Source: Candidatus Zixiibacteriota bacterium
Lineage (GTDB): Bacteria; RBG-13-66-14; B26-G2; WVWN01
DNA length: 64,000 nucleotides
Assembly (NCBI GenBank): GCA_050117845.1
Contig: JASFLY010000006.1
Coordinates: 32,001 to 96,000, forward strand
Direction of reading: 5' to 3'
The notes under the pieces were generated by a model, which saw nothing but the letters and a program-made list of their open reading frames with translations, made no database searches and had not been told where the DNA came from. Position numbers and translations under genes: made by a program. Position 1 is the stretch's first letter; every line of letters starts with the position of its first letter. Below, piece after piece: positions 39,741 through 49,797 of the stretch.

Positions 39741-41350
39741 TGGCAGACAGGACGACCCGGCGCGCGTTCGATAAGAGAATGCGGAACATCAAGGCCGGCA
39801 TTATAACGCTGGTAGTCGTGGCGGCGCTGGTGGGCGCGCTTCTAATCTCGACGGCGCTGTTACCGCCGCAGATATCGGCGTGGCGTTCCCGCCGCTCCAC
39901 GGAAGAGGCTCGGGCGCTCGTGGCCGAGGATAAAGTGTTGCAGGCCATGGGCCTTCTGGAGCACGCCATCACGCTCGACCCGGACAACGAACTGGCCCAC
40001 TTTAACTTGGGCGTATTGGAACTCGGCGTTACGGGCGACGCCTCGTCCGCGGGCGACCATTTCAAGCGCGCCGCGGAACTGGACGAGGATTTCGGCCTGG
40101 CCTACTACAACCTCGGCGTGGTCCAACTTTTTTATCTGAACAAACCCCGGCTCGCCAAGGACAACTTCAAGCGGGCTACGGAAATCGATCCGGAGCGGGG
40201 CGCGGGCTTCGCGGGGCTGGGCTTCGCGTGCGAGGCGCTCGGCGAGTACGGCGAGGCCCGGGACGCCTACGACCGTTACCTGGAACTCGACGCCTCGGGG
40301 CCGTGGGTTGAGCTCGTCAAACAGCACCGGCAGGCCATCGGCGGCTTCCCGGCGGTGGATGACCTCTCGGCCCGGATGCGCGGGGCCGAAGACGTATTCG
40401 AGATAGTCGCGGTCGGCGACATCAGCCTCGCCCGCGGTGTCAACGTGGACCTCTACACCGGCCGGTCGGAAAGCCCCCTGCGCTACGTGGCGCCGCTCAT
40501 AAGTCGGGCGCACGTCGCCTTCGGGAATCTCGAGTCGCCTTTAACCAAGCGCGCCGAGCGTGTGGCGGACAAGGGGCCCCACGGCGGCTCGATTTACCTT
40601 AAAGGGAATCCCGATTACACTTTCCTGTTGACCGAGGCCGGCTTCGACGTCCTCTCGCTCGCCAATAACCACATAATGGATTACGGCGAGCAGGGCCTCG
40701 AGGACACGCTATACTCCCTCGAGCAGGAGGAGATAAAGCGGGCCGGCGCCGGGCCGGACCTGGCCGCCGCGCTCGAGCCCGCGGTCGTCGACCTGGACGG
40801 GTATATAATTCACTTCCTCGCGTTCTCGGGCGTGGAGCCGTCCTCCTATTACGCGGCCGCCGGCAAGGCCGGGTCGGCTCCATTGAACGAGGGCACGGTG
40901 CTGAGCGCCATAGGTCGGTCCAAGAGCGAGGCCAATCTGGTCGTCGTGTCGCTGCACTGGGGCGCGGAGTCCATGGCTTACCCCTCGTCGGAACAGAAGC
41001 GCATGGCCCACAAGTTCGTGGACGCCGGCGCCGATCTGATCCTCGGCCACCACCCCCACGTCCTCCAGGGCATCGAGTCGTACGGCGACGGGATAATCGC
41101 GTACAGCCTGGGGAATTTCCTCTTCGATTCCAAATACGCCTCGCGACACTACTCGACGGTGCTGACGGTGGAGGTCTCGCGGTCCCAGGGGATCCTCGGC
41201 TTCCGCCTCATCCCGATTTACATCAAGGGAACCGAACCGACGGTGGCCGGCAGCGAGAAGGCGATGGAGTTCGTCGACTTCGCTCTCTTGAGCGCTTCGG
41301 GCGAACGCGTGCCGATAACTCCGCCGAAACCGCCCAAGACGGAAGGGTAG
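39740..41350 (+). CDS. TPR plus CapA (PGA_cap) metallophosphoesterase protein
   Basis: TM anchor, TPRs (AHFNLG, AYYNLG), VGD, GNLE, LANNH..DYG, LHWG.E, GHHPHV.Q, YSLGNF.FD. Confidence 0.88.
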   Translation: MADRTTRRAFDKRMRNIKAGIITLVVVAALVGALLISTALLPPQISAWRSRRSTEEARALVAEDKVLQAMGLLEHAITLDPDNELAHFNLGVLELGVTGDASSAGDHFKRAAELDEDFGLAYYNLGVVQLFYLNKPRLAKDNFKRATEIDPERGAGFAGLGFACEALGEYGEARDAYDRYLELDASGPWVELVKQHRQAIGGFPAVDDLSARMRGAEDVFEIVAVGDISLARGVNVDLYTGRSESPLRYVAPLISRAHVAFGNLESPLTKRAERVADKGPHGGSIYLKGNPDYTFLLTEAGFDVLSLANNHIMDYGEQGLEDTLYSLEQEEIKRAGAGPDLAAALEPAVVDLDGYIIHFLAFSGVEPSSYYAAAGKAGSAPLNEGTVLSAIGRSKSEANLVVVSLHWGAESMAYPSSEQKRMAHKFVDAGADLILGHHPHVLQGIESYGDGIIAYSLGNFLFDSKYASRHYSTVLTVEVSRSQGILGFRLIPIYIKGTEPTVAGSEKAMEFVDFALLSASGERVPITPPKPPKTEG

Positions 41351-41375
41351 CGAGACAGGAAGGCCGCTCGGTAAT

Positions 41376-42212
41376 ATGCTAGTCGACGTCATACGCGTAC
41401 GCTTTTTAAACGAGAGCCGCGAGTTCCACATCCCGGCCGGCGGGATACCTCTGGAACCCGGCGAGGTCGTAATCGTCGAGACGGAGGACGGCCTCGACGT
41501 CTGCGAGGTCGTGGAGCCCACGCGGGCGTGCCCCCGGCGCGAGATAGAGTCGCCGGAGACGGCCATCCTCCGCAAGGCCACGCCCAACGACCTCGAGTGG
41601 CTGGCGACGAAGCAGGAGACCGAGGAGACCGCGGCCGAGGCCTGTCGGGAAATCTCGGGCCGCCTCAACCTGGACATGAAACTCGCCGGCGTCAAGATGA
41701 CGTTCGACGGCGCCAAGATTATATTCTATTTCTCCGCCGACCAGCGGGTGGACTTCCGGACGCTCGTGCGCGAACTCGCCAAGAAGTTCCGCACGCGCAT
41801 CGAGATGCGGCAGATAGGCGTCCGGGACAAGGCCAAACAGCTCGGCGGCCTGGGCGTTTGCGGCAGGCCGCTCTGCTGCACGGTTTTCCTCAACAAGTTC
41901 GAGCCGGTTACGATGAAGATGGCCAAGGAGCAAAACCTGACGCTGAGCCCCTCCAAGATATCGGGATTCTGCGGTCGTCTCATGTGTTGCCTGGCGTACG
42001 AGAACGACTTCTACCGCAACGTCAAGGCGTCGTTCCCGGCCGTGGGCACCAAGGTTACGACGCCCCAGGGCGACGGCGAGGTCAAGGGCATACTGGCGCT
42101 CACCGATTCGGTCGTGGTACTTCTGGATACCGGCGCGGCCGTCAAAATTAAACGGGCCGACGTCAAGGCGGTCCCGAAGAAGGAACGCAGCGCTTCTCCC
42201 TCCGATGGTTAA
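41376..42212 (+). CDS. ricT: PSP1/RicT (YaaT) family protein
   Basis: RVDFR.LV, RIEMRQIG.RD, G.CGR.LCC, KMAKEQ, SG.CGRLMCCL.YE. Confidence 0.9.
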   Translation: MLVDVIRVRFLNESREFHIPAGGIPLEPGEVVIVETEDGLDVCEVVEPTRACPRREIESPETAILRKATPNDLEWLATKQETEETAAEACREISGRLNLDMKLAGVKMTFDGAKIIFYFSADQRVDFRTLVRELAKKFRTRIEMRQIGVRDKAKQLGGLGVCGRPLCCTVFLNKFEPVTMKMAKEQNLTLSPSKISGFCGRLMCCLAYENDFYRNVKASFPAVGTKVTTPQGDGEVKGILALTDSVVVLLDTGAAVKIKRADVKAVPKKERSASPSDG

Positions 42213-42882
42213 GGTGTGGCGCAAAACGGCGTTCGTGTTCATCGGCTTGCTCCCGGCGGCCGCGTTTTTTTACGGGGCGGCGGCACGGGCCGCGGACGAT
42301 TGGACCGTATCCGGCGCGGCCGGCGTCTTTCAGTATTACGATTACGACGGCCTTACGGCCCTGACGCGGGTAGGGCCCGCGGGCACCCTTGTCGTGGCGC
42401 TCGAGCGCCCCGCGCGCGCGTACGAGATAGAGGCCCGCGGCCGCTTCTACGGCGACGACGACTACGAGGCGGCCTGCGAGTTCCGCGTACCGTTTTATTT
42501 TCACCCGAGGCCGGCCCGGCCTTACGTGGCCCCGGCGGCGGGATTCCTCCTGGCCCGGGAGGACGCGGCGACGCATCGGCTGGCGGCCGTCGGCGTCCGG
42601 GTGGGAGGCCGGCTCTACGCGAAAGGCGCCGCGGTCGAGGTGGACGTCTTCGCCGCTTACCGAGGCCGCGTCGACTTCGACGAGGACGCCGGCCGGGGGC
42701 GACCCTTGTTCGCCTCCGAGCTCGAGGCCGGCGCTACGGCCGATTGGTTCATCCGGCCCTGGCTCGGCCTGCGCGTCGACGGCCGTCTGCTCTGGCCCGG
42801 CTTTTTCGCCGAGAAGCACGGCGAGTGGCACGGCCCGGGCGTGGCGCCGTTCGTAATGGCGGGGCCCTCGTTCCGCTTCTGA
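42205..42882 (+). CDS. Putative outer-membrane beta-barrel protein
   Basis: Signal peptide; alternating beta pattern; ends GPSFRF. Confidence 0.62.
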   Translation: MVKVWRKTAFVFIGLLPAAAFFYGAAARAADDWTVSGAAGVFQYYDYDGLTALTRVGPAGTLVVALERPARAYEIEARGRFYGDDDYEAACEFRVPFYFHPRPARPYVAPAAGFLLAREDAATHRLAAVGVRVGGRLYAKGAAVEVDVFAAYRGRVDFDEDAGRGRPLFASELEAGATADWFIRPWLGLRVDGRLLWPGFFAEKHGEWHGPGVAPFVMAGPSFRF

Positions 42883-42965
42883 CCTATTTGCCTTTACGTC
42901 GGGACGCCATTTGTATTATAATTAAACTCCGAAATAACCCCCTACCCTCAACGGGAGGTCCGCAT

Positions 42966-43745
42966 ATGGAAGCCATAGGCTGTATCGGGACGCCCCTCAT
43001 AATCGCCGGCGTCATTTTAATCTTCATACTCGCCAGCGCTATCCGCATCCTGCGGGAGTACGAACGCGGCGTCGTCTTCCGCCTGGGTCGCCTCGTCGGG
43101 GCCAAGGGGCCCGGCCTCATCATCCTTATCCCCATTGTCGACCGCATGGTGCGCGTGGACCTTCGGACCATCGCCCACGACGTGCCGCCGCAGGACGTTA
43201 TCACCAAAGACAACGTCTCGCTCAAGGTTAACGCCGTCGTTTACTTCCGCGTTATGGATCCGAACAAGGCCGTGGTCGAGGTCGCCGATTACTACTTCGC
43301 GACGAGCCAGCTGGCGCAGACGACGCTCCGGTCCATCCTGGGCCAGTCTGAGCTGGACGACGTGCTGGTGCACCGGGAGAAGATCAACCAGAGCCTCCAG
43401 CATATCCTGGACCAGTCCACCGATCCGTGGGGGATCAAGGTTTCCATGGTCGAGGTCAAACACGTCGACCTGCCCATGGAAATGCAGCGGGCGATGGCGA
43501 AGCAGGCCGAGGCCGAGCGCGAGCGCCGCGCCAAGGTCATCAACTCCGAAGGTGAATACCAGGCGGCCCAGCGTCTCATGGAGGCCGCGGAGATTATCCA
43601 GGCCGCGCCGGCGGCGTTGCAGCTCCGTTTCCTCCAAACGTTGCGCGAAATCGCGGCGGAGAACAACTCCACGACGCTGTTCCCGATTCCCATCGACCTC
43701 TTCGAGCCGTTCCTGGAAGCGTACCGTAAAAAAGAGGGCAAATAA
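42966..43745 (+). CDS. SPFH/stomatin-like (slipin) protein
   Basis: [55 protein letters not shown]. Confidence 0.93.
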   Translation: MEAIGCIGTPLIIAGVILIFILASAIRILREYERGVVFRLGRLVGAKGPGLIILIPIVDRMVRVDLRTIAHDVPPQDVITKDNVSLKVNAVVYFRVMDPNKAVVEVADYYFATSQLAQTTLRSILGQSELDDVLVHREKINQSLQHILDQSTDPWGIKVSMVEVKHVDLPMEMQRAMAKQAEAERERRAKVINSEGEYQAAQRLMEAAEIIQAAPAALQLRFLQTLREIAAENNSTTLFPIPIDLFEPFLEAYRKKEGK

Positions 43746-43782
43746 GCAAGGGCCTCGTTTAGCTTAGGCCGGAGTATAAATT

Positions 43783-44247
43783 ATGTTTACTAGACTCGTG
43801 CGGGCGGCTTTGACGCTGGGCGCGGTCCTGGTCCTCGTGGCGGGCTGCGGCCCCATCGACAAGCGCAAGGCGCTCAAGGATTGCGAATTCAAACTCGACG
43901 ACGTCGAGGTTAAGAACGTGTCCCTCTCGGACGTGGACATGCTGGTAAAGCTGTCCGTCTACAACCCCAACGATACCGAGGTCATAATCGACCGATTCTC
44001 ATATAAACTGTGGAGCGACAAGAATCCCATCGCCGAGGGCTGGCACCGCCAGCAGGAACACCTGGGGCCGGGCGAGGACAAGGTAATCCCGCTGACGATG
44101 AAGACGCCCCTCAAGAACCTCGGCAAGGGCGTATTAAACCAGATTACCAATTCCGGCAACGTGACCTATGCCCTCCAGGCCAACGTTTATCTGAACACCT
44201 TCCTGGGGGAGTTGGAGTTCCCGATCACGGTGCGGAAAAAGTATTGA
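43783..44247 (+). CDS. LEA type 2 family lipoprotein
   Basis: Lipobox VAGC; V.NPN motif. Confidence 0.8.
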   Translation: MFTRLVRAALTLGAVLVLVAGCGPIDKRKALKDCEFKLDDVEVKNVSLSDVDMLVKLSVYNPNDTEVIIDRFSYKLWSDKNPIAEGWHRQQEHLGPGEDKVIPLTMKTPLKNLGKGVLNQITNSGNVTYALQANVYLNTFLGELEFPITVRKKY

Positions 44248-44257
44248 GGTTGACCTC

Positions 44258-46879
44258 ATGAAGATAAAAATAGCGCTCGTTGCGGCCGCGTTGCTCGCGG
44301 CCGTTTCGGCCGGGGCCGCGGACGCCGTGCGGGAAGTTTTCCCCAACGGCCTCGTGGCCATCGTGGCCGAGGACCATACCAACCCCGTCGCCGCGATCCG
44401 CGTCTACGTTCGGGCCGGGTCCATTTACGAGGGAAAATACCTCGGCGCCGGCCTGTCGCACTTCCTCGAGCACATGCTGGGGGAGCGGACCGACAAGCAT
44501 ACCAAGGCCGAAATAGAGGCCGCGGTCTCGGAACTGGGCGGGGCGTATAACGCCTATACCTGGAAGGACCACGTTTGTTATTACGTGGCCGTGCGGTCCG
44601 ACAAGGTGGACGACGGCATCGAGCACCTGGAGGAAACGGTCTTCCACACCGTCCTGGAGCCGGAGAACGTCGAGAACCAGCGGGACATAATCGTCAACGA
44701 GATCCGCATGGGCCTCGACGAACCTTCCCGCGTTCTCCAGAAGGCGTTCTTCTATGCGATGTTCCGGGAACACCCGGTCCGTTATCCGACGATAGGTTAC
44801 GAGGAGATATTCGTCCGGGCCTCGCGCGAGGACCTGCAGGATTACTACGACCGCTACTACATCCCCGAGCGGACCATCGTCGTCGTGGCCGGCGACGTGG
44901 ACGCCGACCGGACCTTCGGAAAACTCCGCGAGACCTTCGGCGCCCTGCCGCGCGGCAAGTCCTTCTCGGAGGAAAAATTCCATGAGCCGCCGCAGCTGGG
45001 CCGCCGCGACGTCGTGGTCCCGATGGACATCGGCGCCGCGTACATGTGGCTCGGCTTCCGCGGCCCCGAACTCGGGACGGACGACGCGTACGCTTTGGAA
45101 GTCGCCACCGCCATCGCCGGCTTCGGCCGTTCCAGCCGGCTCTACCGCCGCGTTCTCGAGGAGGGGGGCTACGTCACCGACGTCGAAGCCTGGCTGTCCA
45201 CGCCGCCCACCGGCTACGGTTATCTGGGCGTGTACGCCGAGGGCGAGGCCATAGAGCTTAACTACGCCGAGGACGCCATCATCGACGAGATGCTCCGCTT
45301 CACCGAGGACAAGGTTTCGAAGGACGAACTCACCCGGGCCAAGAAACTCCTCGAGGCGCAGTATATCATGGGCCTGTCGACCGTGGCGGACGTGGCCGAG
45401 GACCTGGGGGAAAACGAACTCTATACCGGGAACATGAATTACGGCGATGAGTACCTCGAGCGCATAAACGAGGTCACCGCCGACGACATCCGCGAGGCCG
45501 CCCGGCGACACCTAAAGATGTCGAACCTGACGGTGGCCAAGGTCGTCCCGCGCGATTGGGCGGCCGGCGAAGAGGTTATGGAGGTTGTCACCGAAGCGGA
45601 GCCGATGGAGAAGTTCGAGTACCCGAGCGGCCTGCGGCTCCTCGTCCGGCGCAACCCCGCGGCGCCGTCGGTGGCCGTGCGGGGCGTAATCGGCGGCGGC
45701 TCCCGGGTGACGACGCCGGGCCGGGAGGGCGTCGCGGAACTCGCGGCCGAACTCATGGTCAAGGGGACGAAGAAACGCAAGGGCGACCGTATCGCCCGGG
45801 AGATGGAGAACCTGGGCGGCACCATCGGCTCCGGGGCCTATCTGGATTATATGACGCTGTCCGCGGACTGCCTCGCCGAGGATTTCGAAAAGGCCTTCGA
45901 TATATACGCGGACTGCCTTACGAATTCCACCATGCCGTCCGTAGAGTTCACCCGCGAGCAGGACCGCCTCCTGGCCCAACTCCAGAGCGAGGACGACGAC
46001 TGGGAACTGCACGGCGAGCGGCTGATGCGCGAGGGCTTGTTCCCCACCCACCCGTACCGCTACCGGACGACCGGGACCGTGGATTCGGTGGGCCGGCTGA
46101 CGGACGAGGACGCCTACGCCTACTACACGAAGTACGTAACGCCGGGCAACGTCGTCATCTCCGTCGTGGGGGACGTGGACCCGGCGGACGTGAAGCTAAT
46201 CGTCGATAAGAAGCTGGGTTCCTGGAACCCGCCGGCCTCGCCGGCGCCCATCGTTCCGGCCGACCCGCCGCCCTCCGAACGGACCGTCCTGTACGAGAAG
46301 ACGGACAACGAGCAGGCCGTCGTATACGTCGGCTTCCGGGGCGTGTCCTACGGCGACGCGGACGAGTTCGCCCTGCGCCTGCTGGACGCGGCCTCCTCGG
46401 GCGTGTATCTGCCGGGCGGCCGCCTGCACGAGCGCCTGCGCGGCGCGGGTTACGTTTACGTCGTGCACGCGTATAATATTACCGCCCACGACCCGGGCTA
46501 CTTCGGCATCTTCGCCGCCACTTCTCCAGGTAAAGCGGACGAGGTTCTCGCCGCCATCGAGGAGGAGATAGCGAAACTCAAGGCCGAGCCGATTACCGGC
46601 GACGAACTCGAGCTCGCCCGGGAGAACTGGCTGACGATGAACGCGCTCTACAACTCCCAGAGTAACGGCGACGTGGCCCTGCTTTCCGCCCGCGACGAAC
46701 TCGTGGGCCTGGGCTTCGATTGGAGGCAGAACTTCGACGCCCGTATCGAGGCCGTGACCGCGGCCGACATCCTGGCGGCGGCCCGCAAGTACCTCGTCAA
46801 TCCCGTCATCGTCGTCACGACGCCGACACCGCCGGGGGAGGAGCCGGCCGAGGAAGTCCTTGAAGAAGATACGCCGTGA
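44258..46879 (+). CDS. Secreted M16 (pitrilysin-like) zinc protease
   Basis: GLSHFLEHM inverted zincin motif, NAYT, four-domain architecture. Confidence 0.92.
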   Translation: MKIKIALVAAALLAAVSAGAADAVREVFPNGLVAIVAEDHTNPVAAIRVYVRAGSIYEGKYLGAGLSHFLEHMLGERTDKHTKAEIEAAVSELGGAYNAYTWKDHVCYYVAVRSDKVDDGIEHLEETVFHTVLEPENVENQRDIIVNEIRMGLDEPSRVLQKAFFYAMFREHPVRYPTIGYEEIFVRASREDLQDYYDRYYIPERTIVVVAGDVDADRTFGKLRETFGALPRGKSFSEEKFHEPPQLGRRDVVVPMDIGAAYMWLGFRGPELGTDDAYALEVATAIAGFGRSSRLYRRVLEEGGYVTDVEAWLSTPPTGYGYLGVYAEGEAIELNYAEDAIIDEMLRFTEDKVSKDELTRAKKLLEAQYIMGLSTVADVAEDLGENELYTGNMNYGDEYLERINEVTADDIREAARRHLKMSNLTVAKVVPRDWAAGEEVMEVVTEAEPMEKFEYPSGLRLLVRRNPAAPSVAVRGVIGGGSRVTTPGREGVAELAAELMVKGTKKRKGDRIAREMENLGGTIGSGAYLDYMTLSADCLAEDFEKAFDIYADCLTNSTMPSVEFTREQDRLLAQLQSEDDDWELHGERLMREGLFPTHPYRYRTTGTVDSVGRLTDEDAYAYYTKYVTPGNVVISVVGDVDPADVKLIVDKKLGSWNPPASPAPIVPADPPPSERTVLYEKTDNEQAVVYVGFRGVSYGDADEFALRLLDAASSGVYLPGGRLHERLRGAGYVYVVHAYNITAHDPGYFGIFAATSPGKADEVLAAIEEEIAKLKAEPITGDELELARENWLTMNALYNSQSNGDVALLSARDELVGLGFDWRQNFDARIEAVTAADILAAARKYLVNPVIVVTTPTPPGEEPAEEVLEEDTP

Positions 46880-46943
46880 TAAGCGTATCGATTAAGAGAT
46901 ATTAGGAGGGCGGCCCGACGGGCCGCAAACAAAAGGGGGGAAT

Positions 46944-47519
46944 ATGCGAATCAAATGCCTTGCGGCGGCGGTCCTGACCTGTGCCGTGGCGGCGGCCGCG
47001 GCCGCAGCGGAGGGGACGGAAACGCACCGCGAGCGGGTCAGTCTCGGCTTCGCGGCGGGAGCCCGGGCTGTCTCCGGCGGCGGCCCCTACGGCGCCGTAT
47101 TGTTCCATATACACGGGTTAAGATTCCTGCGGATAGGCGTGGGCGCGGGGGGGTATAGCTTGGGCTCGCTCGCCGCCATGGACATTAGTGGCGGCTATCG
47201 TGAACCTTCGGCCAGACTGCTGTTTTTAAGCGGGGAGGTCGCGTGGCCCGATAAGGCCGTGGCGCCCAAACTCCACCTTGAATTCGGCCCGGCCTTTTTC
47301 TCTTACTCCTATTATGGGCCATACTTAGTAACCTACCGCGCGCGCTACACCGAGTTGTTCTATTCGGCGGCGCCCGGCGTTGATTTCCGGCTTAGCCCTA
47401 CTGTCCGGCTGACCTGCGAGGGCGGCCTCGGTTTTCAGACCTGGGGCGTAGAAGACGACTGGGACGGCCGGGGCTTCAAGTACGGCATATTCAATCTCGG
47501 CATCCGCTTCGTGTTTTAA
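46944..47519 (+). CDS. Putative small outer-membrane beta-barrel protein
   Basis: Signal peptide; ends FNLGIRFVF. Confidence 0.7.
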   Translation: MRIKCLAAAVLTCAVAAAAAAAEGTETHRERVSLGFAAGARAVSGGGPYGAVLFHIHGLRFLRIGVGAGGYSLGSLAAMDISGGYREPSARLLFLSGEVAWPDKAVAPKLHLEFGPAFFSYSYYGPYLVTYRARYTELFYSAAPGVDFRLSPTVRLTCEGGLGFQTWGVEDDWDGRGFKYGIFNLGIRFVF

Positions 47520-47573
47520 GCGGGAGGCCGGGAATCGGTAGTACAAACTCGCCTGAACGACGAGGCAATAACG

Positions 47574-47601
47574 AAGGGCGGCCCGTTGGGCCGCCTTTTT
47601 T
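47574..47601. terminator. Intrinsic terminator
   Basis: GGCGGCCC-GTT-GGGCCGCC then T run. Confidence 0.7.
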
Positions 47602-48241
47602 ATTGTATATCCCAGCCGCAAAGCGTCAGCGTGACGCCGGGCCAGTCGGTGAACTTGAACGTTATCTTGAGTATCTTTCCGCCCAGCTCGCCCTCGCGGC
47701 CTACGTACCCCTCTATCGTCGTACGCTTGTCGTCGTCCCAGCCGGTGATGTCCCCATCCACGCGGATGCAGGGCAACGCGTCGTCGGGCCGCGTCGGCAG
47801 GCGGAAGGTCCCCCGGCTCGCGGCGCCGGCCTCGATGCGGTAAACCTTATCTTTCAGGGGGTAGTCGACGGTTATCTCGTCGCCGGGCGCGAGCGGCCGC
47901 CGCAGGAAAAAGTCCATAATCGTCAGGACCTTCTCGGCGCGCTCCGGGTCCACCGGGACGAAACGTTTCTCGAAGAGTGAGAAGAATTGAAGGGTCCGGC
48001 CTTCCGGGTCGGCCTTCATCAGGACCTTCCCGGCGTTCTCGACCTCTACGCGGCCGGCGTCGTCGTCCCGCCACGCTATCTCGTCGTCGGCCACGAAGAA
48101 CACGGCGAGGACGACGGCGCCGAGGAACTCCCTCGGCGTCCGGGCGGTGAGCGTTACCTGGTATTTTAAGAAGGCGTCGCCGTGCGCGGCGGCGACGGAG
48201 AGGGCGAGCGCGAGCGCGAATGCCGTTCGTGTCTTATTAAC
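47600..48241 (-). CDS. Secreted hypothetical protein; start codon uncertain (GTT?)
   Basis: Frame is open upstream of the track ORF (48103) and encodes NKTRTAFALALALSVAAAHG, a signal peptide. Confidence 0.6.
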   Translation of the reverse strand, partial: VNKTRTAFALALALSVAAAHGDAFLKYQVTLTARTPREFLGAVVLAVFFVADDEIAWRDDDAGRVEVENAGKVLMKADPEGRTLQFFSLFEKRFVPVDPERAEKVLTIMDFFLRRPLAPGDEITVDYPLKDKVYRIEAGAASRGTFRLPTRPDDALPCIRVDGDITGWDDDKRTTIEGYVGREGELGGKILKITFKFTDWPGVTLTLCGWDIQ

Positions 48242-48271
48242 GTCCGCGGCCCCCCGAGCCTGGGACGTGCG

Positions 48272-49711
48272 TTAAACCTGCGAGCCGTGCGGCGTGAACT
48301 CTTTTTTAAACAGCATCGTCAAAAGGAAAGCGAAACCGCCCGCGAGCAGGACTTTGATGTCCGTCCAGGTGCGAATAGCCATGAGCCGTTTCCACATGTA
48401 ACGGGGTCGGCGGTAGAACTTGCGGAAGGCGAGCGCGCGCAGTTCCTGGATCTGTTCCCGCTCCATGGTGTAGGGGACGAAGGCGCAACCCTCGAAGGTG
48501 TAGTCGAGGACGTTGTCGGTGGCGACGCGGCCGTACTTCTCCACGTTTTCGTAGAGCTCGGCCCCGGGGAAGGGCGTCAGCGCGTGGAAGTTCACGACGT
48601 CGCTGTCGATGTCGATGGCGAACTGGATGGACTTAAGGCCGTCCTCGAAGGTCTCGCCCGGATTCCCGAAGATAAAGGGCGTTACGGTCTTGATGCCCGC
48701 CTTGTGCGCCCACTCCACGGCGAGGCGGTTCTGCTCGACCGTTACCCCCTTGCCCATGGCGTCAAGGGAGGACTGCACGCCGGACTCGAGGCCGAGGAGA
48801 ATCCCCCAGAACTTGGCCTTCTTCATCTTCTGGAATATTTCCGGGTCGACGTTGTCGACGCGGGCGGAGCCGTAGAAGGTGAGGTCGTAATCCCGTTCGA
48901 TGATGCCGTCTAGGATGTCGTGGATGCGCTCCTTGTCGTAGACGAGGTTGTCGTCGAAGAAGCGGATCTCCTTAATCTTGTACGTCTCGTAGCAGTGGTC
49001 GATTTCCTCCAGGACCTTCTCGGCGCTGCGGGAGCGCCATACGCCCTCGGCGTTGAGTTGCCAGCAGAAGATGCACTGGCCGTTGCACCCCCGCGACGTG
49101 TAGAGGTAGAGCGCCGGCAGCCGCTGGTAGGTGCCGAGTGGCGGGACGTAGCGCTCCATGTCGATGAGGTCGCGGGCGGGGAAGGGCAGGACGTTCAGGT
49201 CCGGGATGTGGGGACGGGGTGCGTTGAGGTGGATTACGTCCCCCTCCCGGTACGCCAGGCCCTCCACGGTCGAGAGTTCGCCCCCGGCCTCGAGAGTCCG
49301 GGCGAGTACGTCCGACGTTATCTCGCCCTCGCCGAACGTGACGCTATCGGGATGGGGCGACTCCCGTAGGACGCGGTCCCTCCAGCCGCTGGCCAGCGGC
49401 CCGCCCACGGCGACGTGGACCCCCGGCATCTCCCGGTGAATGCGCTCGGCGAGCGAGTTCATCGCATCCCATGAGAAAGTAGTCAAATACATCCCCACCA
49501 TGCCGGGGCCGAAGTCCCGCAATAGCGGCATCATTTCGTCCTGGGTCAGGAGGCCGCCGTCGAAGACGCGCACGTCGTGGCCCGCTTCCCGCAGGGCCGC
49601 GGCCACGGACAGTATCCCCAGCGGGTGCCACCGGCCGCCGACGAACATGCCGAAGTTTCCGGTGAACACCTCCTGGGGAGTCCAGGGGGGAAATACCATT
49701 GCGACTTTCAT
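48272..49711 (-). CDS. B12-binding domain radical SAM protein
   Basis: PLG..S.AA.L, GG, GEGE, SRGCNGQCIFC, F.DD, G.ESG, G.PGET. Confidence 0.92.
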   Translation of the reverse strand: MKVAMVFPPWTPQEVFTGNFGMFVGGRWHPLGILSVAAALREAGHDVRVFDGGLLTQDEMMPLLRDFGPGMVGMYLTTFSWDAMNSLAERIHREMPGVHVAVGGPLASGWRDRVLRESPHPDSVTFGEGEITSDVLARTLEAGGELSTVEGLAYREGDVIHLNAPRPHIPDLNVLPFPARDLIDMERYVPPLGTYQRLPALYLYTSRGCNGQCIFCWQLNAEGVWRSRSAEKVLEEIDHCYETYKIKEIRFFDDNLVYDKERIHDILDGIIERDYDLTFYGSARVDNVDPEIFQKMKKAKFWGILLGLESGVQSSLDAMGKGVTVEQNRLAVEWAHKAGIKTVTPFIFGNPGETFEDGLKSIQFAIDIDSDVVNFHALTPFPGAELYENVEKYGRVATDNVLDYTFEGCAFVPYTMEREQIQELRALAFRKFYRRPRYMWKRLMAIRTWTDIKVLLAGGFAFLLTMLFKKEFTPHGSQV

Positions 49712-49797
49712 AAGGTTATAAGTATTTTTGGAACACTAATTATAACATAAAAAAACCGGCGCCGACCGGCGGCCCCGGGGATGGAATGCGCCGTTCT

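Noticed and set aside
42216..43745. 509-aa SPFH fusion
   Set aside because: The Arg-rich N-terminal half overlaps the barrel gene; RBS and ATG are at 42966
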